Counted from the first letter of the stretch, positions 8,152 to 15,200 are shown. The stretch is DNA of 15,272 nt from Candidatus Hadarchaeota archaeon (GCA_964474885.1 CAYYWO010000016.1:1-15272), one strand, 5' to 3'. Notes: a model not told the origin generated them from the sequence alone. Made by a program: numbers and translations.

Positions 8152-8437
8152 TGGTATGAATTAGGAGAAATACCTTAAAAATATTTCGAATATTTCCTAT
8201 AGATAGATTTACTTTCTGAAGTGGTTTAGACTCCTTTAATCCCTTAAGAATCTCATAGTGCTTTTCTATACCAAGAACATCCGAAGCTGTAAACTTCATG
8301 ATGATGTATGTGGTCTCCTTAACGACATCCAACAATGTGTAAAGGTCTTCGAGCTTAAGCTTCTCATAGATTTCCTTGGCCTTCTCATTTCCAAGGAAAT
8401 ACTCGACAAAAAATGACGTATCTATAAAGACTTTCAT
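8126..8437 (-). pseudogene. vapC: Truncated VapC toxin; PIN homology ends near 8232, then runs into a DUF104 fragment
   Basis: MKVFIDTSFFVEYFLG...VVKETTY; no C-terminal D..I.A / TFD motifs. KPLQKVNL mirrors KPLQKVDL of the upstream DUF104 gene. Confidence 0.78.
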
Positions 8438-8619
8438 ATTCTCTCCATCATCATCAAATCTCTTTCTTCATCAACTAAAATCCTTTTCTTAAATATTCCA
8501 AAGAAACGTTCCAACCCTTCGGTTATTATTACCTTCCCCTTCGTTTTCTCTTTAAGATCGACCTTTTGAAGGGGTTTGAATACGCCGTTTTCGTATATAA
8601 CCTCGATTATCTTCGGCAT
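8434..8619 (-). CDS. vapB: DUF104/AF2212-like antitoxin
   Basis: MPKIIEVIYENGVFKPLQKVDLKE signature; ATGA overlap with vapC. Confidence 0.9.
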   Translation of the reverse strand: MPKIIEVIYENGVFKPLQKVDLKEKTKGKVIITEGLERFFGIFKKRILVDEERDLMMMERI

Positions 8620-8656
8620 AACTTTAATCATCCCTAAAACTTCAAATATCTTTCCT

Positions 8657-8698
8657 TAAAGATTAATCTATTAAATCATTTAAATATAATTGAATTAT
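8657..8698 (+). repeat. AT-rich intergenic repeat, copy D (diverged)
   Basis: taaagattaatctattaaatcatttaaatataattgaattat vs 9395-9436 taaagatttaatttataatattatttgaatttaataaattat. Confidence 0.45.
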
Positions 8699-8730
8699 AC
8701 ATTGTACACTAAACAGGTTAACATGCGTTA

Positions 8731-9113
8731 CTACCAAACGACTTCTACGATTCCAGATTCCCTGATTTCCTTATCTTTTGTGATCAGCTTAGCGTTTAGC
8801 AATTTTGCCGTTGCTACGATAACTCTGTCGTGCAACTCTTTTAGATTTATATTTGGTAAAAGCTTAACAACTTGAAAATTAAACGATACCGGAACAAAAT
8901 TGCTGCTGATCTCTATCTTCTTAAGTAGCTCTTCGAAATTGAGATCGATCTTCTTAGATTCTGCGAGGTATAAGCATTCCGCCAAGACTATAGTGGGTAT
9001 AAATATGATCGATTCACCTTTTTCTGCGGACTTGAATATATCATCAACTTTTTTAGAAGTAGTCTTCCTGCAAGATACCAGATGAAGGGATGGGTATCAG
9101 TCACGTAGAACAT
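8731..9113 (-). pseudogene. vapC: VapC toxin interrupted by a single frameshift at ~9048-9062
   Basis: MFYVTDTHPFIWYLAGRL in one frame; KKVDDIFKSAEKGESIIFIPTIVLAEC...LHDRVIVATA...LITKDKEI in the -1 frame; 383 nt from ATG to stop. Confidence 0.85.
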
Positions 9114-9306
9114 GGACATCACTAAACAAAGATCTCTTTGCCATTTCGATAGACCTTTCAAGCTCCTCCTCAGATACGAGGATTCTGCACATACCTCTTA
9201 AAGAGATCGGTTTTTTCTCTATAAGAGTGTCCGCTCCAAATATTACCAACATTTTAAGACTTTGCAGTTCCTTCTCTATCCTTTCCAATCTTTCCTCAAT
9301 TTGCAT
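9097..9306 (-). CDS. Putative antitoxin (coiled-coil N-terminus) upstream of vapC
   Basis: Small ORF overlapping the vapC start by 17 nt; SLRGM...SEEELE...KRSLF tail resembles archaeal VapB C-termini. Confidence 0.75.
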   Translation of the reverse strand: MQIEERLERIEKELQSLKMLVIFGADTLIEKKPISLRGMCRILVSEEELERSIEMAKRSLFSDVHVLRD

Positions 9307-9394
9307 ATTTCACTCTTATCCAATAAACTTCTTGAACTTAACGGTTCGAGTTTAACTGACATTACTTTTTATGAACTTCATAGTGAATATTTTT

Positions 9395-9449
9395 TAAAGA
9401 TTTAATTTATAATATTATTTGAATTTAATAAATTATCTATACGGGATTA
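9395..9449 (+). repeat. AT-rich intergenic repeat, copy B
   Basis: taatttataatattatttgaat (9403-9424) is identical to 10595-10616 and continues taat-aaattatct. Confidence 0.75.
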
Positions 9450-9474
9450 TATTATATCTTTTTGTGCACTCGTA

Positions 9475-9679
9475 GATTTCGGATAATTTTATACCTGTTT
9501 GCTCGGCGATAGTCTTCAACATCTCCGATCTCTTTCTTCAATTTTTCAACCTCTTCTTCACTTCTCGTTCCAAACGCAATCGTTAAAACTTCCCAGTTAC
9601 CCTTCTTTTCAATTAAATCCCTTATAACTTCAGAAAAGCTTCTTTTACCCTTGCATGTATGCACAGATATTTAAAAAGT
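9475..9679 (-). pseudogene. Chimeric remnant: DUF217 antitoxin fragment with promoter, fused to a fragment of the 12292-12492 ORF
   Basis: 9515-9652 vs 15015-15152: 133/138 identical by manual alignment. 9475-9520 vs 12352-12397: 43/46 identical. Confidence 0.9.
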
Positions 9680-9769
9680 CTTGCCATAGCTTAATTATTT
9701 TTAAGCTCAGATTATTATACAAAATTTTAAATGTTATAAATTTATATTAATATTATATAATAATAAGAG

Positions 9770-9791
9770 TTTACTATGATTTGTTAGTAAA
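9770..9791. promoter_or_regulatory. Palindromic operator TTTACTA-N8-TAGTAAA upstream of AbrB-VapC
   Basis: Perfect 7-bp arms adjacent to the TATA-like ttttaa; same half-site as at 2263-2278. Confidence 0.55.
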
Positions 9792-9822
9792 GCTTTTAAC
9801 CTTTAAAATTGAATTAAGGTTA

Positions 9823-10065
9823 ATGCCGATAGTTAAAATTACGAGGAACTATCAGGTTACTATTCCAAAGCAGATCAGGGAAAAGTTAGGGTTAAAGGAG
9901 GGTGACAGAGTTGAGATCTATTGGGAAGAGGACAAGATAATCATCAAGAAGGTTGAAGAAGATATCGAAGAGCTTAGAGATTTTCTACCAAAGGACTTCG
10001 ACGAGATTTTGAAGAAGGTTAGAGGGAATACCGTTGATAGGTTGAAGAGGATCGGTGTGTTATGA
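9823..10065 (+). CDS. vapB: AbrB/MazE/SpoVT-family antitoxin
   Basis: MPIVKITRNYQVTIPKQIREKLGLKEGDRV; start revised to ATG 9823; ATGA overlap with vapC. Confidence 0.93.
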   Translation: MPIVKITRNYQVTIPKQIREKLGLKEGDRVEIYWEEDKIIIKKVEEDIEELRDFLPKDFDEILKKVRGNTVDRLKRIGVL

Positions 10066-10472
10066 AGATTTCGCTTGACACTTCTGCGATAATTGAAATA
10101 GAGAGGGGTAAGGTAGATTTGAGAAAGTTTATGCAGTACGATGTTTTCGTAAGTGTTATAGTAGTTGCAGAAATTTTTACCGGCACTTATCTGCGAAAAG
10201 ATTGGAAGAAAGCTACAAGCAAAGCCAAAAGGTTGTTTTCTCTCTTCGATGTCGTTCCGCTCGATTTTAGAATTGCTGAAATCGCTGGAAAAATCAACGC
10301 TCGCCTCATTCAAAAGGGGTTACAGATCGATTTCCAAGATGTCCTAATCGCTTCAACATTCATAGCCAAAAAGGGCGACTTACTAATCACAAATAACATC
10401 GATCATTTCAGGAGAATCGATGAAATATCAAACAAAGTCATCTCAGTCCATGATTTCGTCAAAAGATATTAA
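10062..10472 (+). CDS. vapC: VapC PIN-domain toxin
   Basis: ISLDTSAII, VSVIVVAEI, FQDVLIAST, LITNNIDHF. Confidence 0.94.
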   Translation: MKISLDTSAIIEIERGKVDLRKFMQYDVFVSVIVVAEIFTGTYLRKDWKKATSKAKRLFSLFDVVPLDFRIAEIAGKINARLIQKGLQIDFQDVLIASTFIAKKGDLLITNNIDHFRRIDEISNKVISVHDFVKRY

Positions 10473-10594
10473 TTCTAACCAATTCTCAAAATATATGAGC
10501 TAACCTTCTCTAAATTCTGAAAGGGTAGGCTGAAATATTTTTGGCTAAGACGAAACGATGCACTTTAAAACTCAAATAGCTTATTTTTAGAGAA

Positions 10595-10642
10595 TAATTT
10601 ATAATATTATTTGAATGTAATTAAATTATCTCTGCAGGAGTA
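10595..10642 (+). repeat. AT-rich intergenic repeat, copy C
   Basis: Matches copies A and B; flanked by the imperfect inverted arms agagaataattta ... taaattatctct. Confidence 0.75.
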
Positions 10643-10689
10643 GAAATTCAGAAAAAGATTAAATATAATTTATTGAAATTCAATGTGAA

Positions 10690-10928
10690 ATGCCAAAAAA
10701 CGTAGTTTTCATTGAACATGCACTTGAAAGAATGAAAGAAAGAGGAAAGAGCAAGTGATAGATGCTATAAATGATCCAGATCATGTAGATCAAGGATACG
10801 GAGGTCGAAAAGTAGCTCAGAAGATTATTAACAGGAAACTGCTAAGAGTTATATACGAAGAGCACGAAGATAGGATTATCATAATAACAGCATACACAAC
10901 TTCAAAGATTGAAAAGTATCTGAGGTGA
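10690..10928 (+). pseudogene. DUF4258-family (RelE/BrnT-like) toxin, frameshifted; absent from the ORF track
   Basis: MPKNVVFIEHALERMKERG, then after a frameshift near 10746 EQVIDAINDPD...GRKVAQK...LLRVIYEE....IIIITAY; adjacent to its usual partner DUF2283. Confidence 0.85.
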
Positions 10929-10934
10929 TCAGAT

Positions 10935-11150
10935 ATGAAGATATCGTACGATCCAAAACATGATGTGTTATATCTGAAATTTTCCGAAGGAAAGGTAGTT
11001 GATACTGTTGAAGTTGTTGAAGGGGTCTTAATCGACTATGGTGAAAATGGAGAGATTGTAGGAATAGAAATGATCAACGCTTCAGCTTTAATAAAAACCA
11101 AACCGCTCCAAGAAATCGTGATAAAAATTCAGGAAGAAGCTAAAATTTAA
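10935..11150 (+). CDS. DUF2283-family protein (putative antitoxin)
   Basis: MKISYDPKHDVLYLKF...VLIDYGENGEIVGIEMINAS signature. Confidence 0.92.
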   Translation: MKISYDPKHDVLYLKFSEGKVVDTVEVVEGVLIDYGENGEIVGIEMINASALIKTKPLQEIVIKIQEEAKI

Positions 11151-11179
11151 ATTGAATTGCCGTCTCTAATTCGAACAGT

Positions 11180-11422
11180 CAATGAGATTCTTTTTTAATC
11201 CGTTTGATGATTATGCTTGTATCGATCTTACCTTTTCTATTCTTCGTGTCTTATCTCCTTCAATTGACAGTTCCCTAGTGGCCTGAGATATTGCTTGAAT
11301 TATGGCTAAGTCTCTCCATCCATCCAATCTGGAATTTCTATGCATGACTACAACTATGTTTGGGAAGTCAAATAACCTTCTTCTTTTCGTTGCATCTAAA
11401 AACAATTCTATCTCTTGATCAG
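11180..11422 (-). pseudogene. Mosaic TA remnants: DUF104 C-terminal fragment (11368-11422) and a VapC stub (IDTSIIIKRIKK, ~11182-11227)
   Basis: DQEIELFLDATKRRRLFD vs DQEMELFLDATKRRKLFE of 4735-4944, with a matching DNA alignment to 4751-4803. Confidence 0.7.
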
Positions 11423-11514
11423 CTTGCCAAAGAATCTTAGAACCTAATTAGAAATGTAACGATCACTCTCAAACTTGAAACGAAACGGTTAAAACTTAAC
11501 GCAAATATATAAAG

Positions 11515-11817
11515 ATGATGGATTACTTAGCTGAACTATCCAAGAAAATTAGGGAAAAATTTGGAAATGATGTAGAGAAGATAATTCTGTTTGGTTCTTA
11601 TGCTAGAGGAGACTACGACAAAGATAGCGATATAGACTTACTTGTAATCGTAAAAGATAGAAAAATTGAGTATGATCTTAGAAAAATTGTATATTCGTTT
11701 ATACCTCACGTAGGAAAGTTGATCTCAGTTAAGGTTATCGAGAGTAGAGATTATAAGAGACTGAAAGATACATCATTCATTCGATCTATAGAAGGAGAAG
11801 GTGTTGTCATTGGATGA
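11515..11817 (+). CDS. Minimal nucleotidyltransferase (MNT) antitoxin
   Basis: IILFGSYARGDYDKDSDIDLLVI = GS-x10-DxD motif; overlaps the HEPN gene. Confidence 0.93.
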   Translation: MMDYLAELSKKIREKFGNDVEKIILFGSYARGDYDKDSDIDLLVIVKDRKIEYDLRKIVYSFIPHVGKLISVKVIESRDYKRLKDTSFIRSIEGEGVVIG

Positions 11818-12178
11818 GATAGTGTTTAGGCTTAAAAAAGCTGAGAAGCTAATTGAAGATGCTGAGAAAGAATTCAAAATGGGTTTGTATGAGCGATGTT
11901 GCAGCACAGCTTATTATGCTATGTTCCATGCAGCGAAGGCGTTACTCTTAAGCATAGAAGAAGATGTAAGAACACACAGGGGAACAATATACATGATCTG
12001 GAAAAACAGAGAAAGATTAGGGCTCGATGAAGATGATTGCAGTAAGCTTAGTAGAGCGTTTGACTTAAGAGAGGAAAGCGATTACGGAATTTTTCGCCAA
12101 ATTTCAAAAGATGAGGCTGAAAGTGTATTAAAAGATGCAAGAGATTTTGTTGAAAAAGTAAAGAAAATATTACTATAA
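11801..12178 (+). CDS. HEPN-domain protein (toxin of the MNT-HEPN pair); exact start uncertain
   Basis: AYYAMFHAAKALL, RTHRG, and LREESDY (R-x4-Y variant of the HEPN motif). Confidence 0.9.
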   Translation: MLSLDEIVFRLKKAEKLIEDAEKEFKMGLYERCCSTAYYAMFHAAKALLLSIEEDVRTHRGTIYMIWKNRERLGLDEDDCSKLSRAFDLREESDYGIFRQISKDEAESVLKDARDFVEKVKKILL

Positions 12179-12291
12179 ATAGATGCTCTGATTTTGGTTA
12201 GCGATGGAGTATTAAACTTTTTTCTGGAATAAACTACTGGAGTACTCTGTTTTTATTAAATTTAACTTAATAATATTATAATATATTTTAA

Positions 12292-12870
12292 TCATTTTAA
12301 ATTATTTGTTAGAATGGATCTGACTAAGACATGCTCATTTGCAAGGGTCTCGATTTCGGATAATTTTCTACCTGTTTGCTTGGCGATAGCCTTCAACCTA
12401 GCTCTTATCGCCCTCTTAGGATCGTCTACAAACCTAAGAATATTCGGATCTCGCTCGATGTCCTCAAACACCTTCTTTATTATCCCGATCAACTTATCAT
12501 CAGCATTCTCTATAGATTTTGTCTGCTTTTGCTTGTGTACTTGTTTAAGAAGTGTCAGTTCCTAGTTCAACTTGTCTAATTCCTCAAAGAGTTTTGAAAT
12601 CTCTGAATCCAGTTTTTCTAAAACAGATCGTTTGAACTCACTTATTTGTTTGTATATCTCTTTCGCTTTCTTTTCGAGTTGAACGATCCTATAAAAGGCT
12701 TTTTCAGACCCTCCTTTACTCTCGCTATTCAATCCAAGGTATAGTCTGAGAGCTCTGCGTCCAATTTCACTTACATTTTGTCCTTCCGATTTCAATTGCT
12801 CTATGAGTTCAATAAGATCCTGATCTTCATTTTCTCTTAAGTAAATTGGTACAATTGTGGCCCTTGCCAA
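12292..12870 (-). CDS. RHH-like DNA-binding + coiled-coil protein split by one in-frame TAG at 12562-12564
   Basis: TTG start at 12870 preceded by GGGGTGA; VPIYL..NEDQDLI...NVSEIGRRALR is RHH-like. The frame continues stop-free after TAG (ELTLLKQVHKQKQTKSIENADDKLIGII...) to 12292. Confidence 0.65.
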
Positions 12871-13003
12871 AATCGTCACCCCTTTCAACCTTCTTACTGT
12901 AGATAGACATCCCAACAACACGTATCGTGAAATAAGAAATGGAAAGGTTGTTGATTCTTCGGGTTTCAACTCGGGGTTGTCTACTTCGACATGCGTTTAC
13001 ATT

Positions 13004-13126
13004 TACCATACTTATACCATATCTATGTAGTATATTGGTTACTTAAGTTTTATGGTATATTTGTGGTATATATACGGTAAAACTCGAACTTCAAAAGGTC
13101 TTTAAATTTACCGCATTGATATGGTA
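13004..13126. promoter_or_regulatory. Divergent control region with 11-bp phased TACCATA / TATGGTA-like boxes
   Basis: taccata at 13004 and 13015; tatggta 13051, tgtggta 13062, tacggta 13073; tatggta 13120; TATA-like tttaaat at 13101. Confidence 0.65.
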
Positions 13127-13129
13127 TGT

Positions 13130-13309
13130 ATGCCAAAAGGAGAATACAAAGGTGTGAGCTTACCAAAGGAGATGATCGATGAGATAAGTAAAATTATCAG
13201 GGAGCATCCCGAATTGGGATATTCATCCATAGCTGACTTTGTTAAGGATGCTGTTCGTGAGAAGATGTTGAAATTAAAACAAGCTTTAGTAAAAGAAAAG
13301 CAACTCTAA
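13130..13309 (+). CDS. CopG/Arc/MetJ ribbon-helix-helix transcription regulator
   Basis: KGVSLPKEMIDEISKII...GYSSIADFVKDAVREK. Confidence 0.88.
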   Translation: MPKGEYKGVSLPKEMIDEISKIIREHPELGYSSIADFVKDAVREKMLKLKQALVKEKQL

Positions 13310-13386
13310 TATGTCAGATTCGATGTGCCTAATATATATTTATATCAGACACCCAATCGCTAAAACAATCGACCTCAGCTTTTAAT

Positions 13387-14607
13387 TTATTTAGACAAGA
13401 TTTTAAGAGCTATACCAGATGAAACTAAGACGTTTGCCAATATCCAAGCGTATCCGACTCCTATCAATCCAAATTCGAGCATGAATACGTACCCTGCTAT
13501 GATGGTTATCCATGCAATTCCGCCGTATATTGCCACAACCCTCTTCAGATTTTTCACGACCATCATGGCAGATGCGTAAATTATGTTGAACGAGTAGGGA
13601 ATACATCCGATTAGAAGAATTCTTAAAACGTTTAAGGCGTTCTCGGCGTATCCCTTGCCAAAGAACCTTAGAATCGGTTCTCCAAATGTGTATATTACGG
13701 CTATAACTAGAAAGAGTAGTAAAAATACGAACTTGAGACTCCTAACGGCTTTATCTCTAAGCTTGGTTTGATCGTGGGAACCTTCAGCGAGCAAGGATTT
13801 TGCAGTATTACGGGCGATCATGGTAGTGAAAAACATGATGCTCCAGGCTATGAAGAAGTATGCGTTCATCTCAGCTCCCAAAATTTCAAGAACTATTATT
13901 GGTAGCAATAAACCTGGTAGATTTTCAAATATTCCTGCAACATAAACTCCGAAAGCATAGCCAATGAGATTCCTAACGACTTTGCTAAACTTTATCTTAT
14001 ACGGAATAAGTTTAAAGATCAAAACGAAGCCCAAGATAAATGCAACGATCATTCCTAAGCCGAATGATACGAATACTCCCAAAGCTCCAAGCGAAATTAA
14101 GAATGGCAGAATAAAAAGTCTCAGAAGAGATGCTGTGCTTTGAATGAATGTATATTCCGCTCTTCTGAATGCAACGAACATACCCTGTCCCATAAGATTA
14201 CCCAAAGCTAGCATTAGAGTGAATGCGACAAAAAGTAAAAATACTGATCCATTTTTCAAAATCTTAAGCGATGGAGCCACAAAATCGATTAATAGGATAA
14301 ACATCATAGACAGTAGAAGAGACACAACGCATACGGTAAGCATGGAAGAGTTAATTAAGGATACTTTATCTCTGCTTTCGGGGATAAATCTGATGAGAGC
14401 TATGTCTAAACCAAGCAATGAGAGTAAACATATGAGTCTCATTGCGGATACCATAGCCGAAGATAAGCCCACAGCTTCAGCGGGATAGATTTTAGCTGCT
14501 AACACCCAGAATATGAATCCAGTACCCGCTCCCATGACACTTGAAAGCATTAAAAATATTGAATTTTTATATAGAGGATCTCTTAACTTTGATATCACAT
14601 CTCGCAA
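13387..14607 (-). CDS. Wzx/RfbX-like oligosaccharide flippase (MOP superfamily)
   Basis: About 12 TM helices; LYKNSIFLM, GFIFWVLAAKIY, LGLDIALIRFIP, FFGKGY, GLIGVGYAW motifs. Confidence 0.88.
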   Translation of the reverse strand: MRDVISKLRDPLYKNSIFLMLSSVMGAGTGFIFWVLAAKIYPAEAVGLSSAMVSAMRLICLLSLLGLDIALIRFIPESRDKVSLINSSMLTVCVVSLLLSMMFILLIDFVAPSLKILKNGSVFLLFVAFTLMLALGNLMGQGMFVAFRRAEYTFIQSTASLLRLFILPFLISLGALGVFVSFGLGMIVAFILGFVLIFKLIPYKIKFSKVVRNLIGYAFGVYVAGIFENLPGLLLPIIVLEILGAEMNAYFFIAWSIMFFTTMIARNTAKSLLAEGSHDQTKLRDKAVRSLKFVFLLLFLVIAVIYTFGEPILRFFGKGYAENALNVLRILLIGCIPYSFNIIYASAMMVVKNLKRVVAIYGGIAWITIIAGYVFMLEFGLIGVGYAWILANVLVSSGIALKILSK

Positions 14608-14640
14608 TCGAATCTTGAAAATTTAAATGCTTTGAAAATT

Positions 14641-15012
14641 TTATTTCAAGATCTTAAGCTTTAAACCATATTCCCTAAACACTTCGAAATCTGAATCGCA
14701 AGTATAGAGTATCTTTGAGTGAGCTATTGCGGATGAGGCGATCAATAGATCTTTAACTTTTGGAATCTTTCCTTTCGACTTTAAATCTCTGTAAATCTTA
14801 CCAGCAAACTTTGCACTTTTCTCATCAAAATCAAGCTTGGGGATCTTCTCTAAGAACATCTCTTCCCTCTCTTTTAAAGTTCCACAGTGTGGTTCGAATA
14901 ACGTTATCACGGAGATTCCGTAAACCGTGGTCTCATCTTTTAACTCATCCAAGATTCTTTTGTTTCCTCTAAATATCTCAATTATTACGCTTGTATCAAG
15001 GATTGCATCCAT
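14641..15012 (-). CDS. vapC: VapC PIN-domain toxin
   Basis: [34 protein letters not shown]. Confidence 0.92.
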   Translation of the reverse strand: MDAILDTSVIIEIFRGNKRILDELKDETTVYGISVITLFEPHCGTLKEREEMFLEKIPKLDFDEKSAKFAGKIYRDLKSKGKIPKVKDLLIASSAIAHSKILYTCDSDFEVFREYGLKLKILK

Positions 15013-15200
15013 CTTTCAACCTCTCCGATCTCTTTCTTCAATTTTTCAGCCTCTTCTTCACTTCTCGTTCCAAACGCAATCGTTAAAACTTCCCAGTTAC
15101 CCTTCTTTTCAATTAAATCCCTTATAACTTCAGAAAAGCTTCGCTCACCCTTTATCCTCACCGACTTTTCGTAAACGTCATCTGAGATCGTTAATTTCAT
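14985..15200 (-). CDS. vapB: DUF217-family VapB antitoxin
   Basis: [24 protein letters not shown]; overlaps vapC; start revised to ATG 15200. Confidence 0.87.
   Translation of the reverse strand: MKLTISDDVYEKSVRIKGERSFSEVIRDLIEKKGNWEVLTIAFGTRSEEEAEKLKKEIGEVERWMQSLIQA

Noticed and set aside
3466-10642. CRISPR array or canonical integron attC sites
   Set aside because: Repeats are 0.7-5 kb apart and diverged, with no regular spacers, no GTTRRRY/RYYYAAC boxes, and no cas or intI gene.
11211-11405. 64-aa ORF as a real gene
   Set aside because: Chance fusion of a DUF104 tail with unrelated fragments.
3466-12290. Bona fide XerA dif sites
   Set aside because: Arms resemble dif but the spacers are 4-5 bp rather than 6 and the right arms are poor; kept only as a hypothesis.
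8690-15127. ORFs 8690-8875, 8900-9085, 9918-10313, 10165-10347, 12314-12565, 12376-12579, 12827-13009, 13403-13606, 14144-14488, 14760-14972, 14927-15127
   Set aside because: Antisense or alternate-frame overlaps of better-supported genes.
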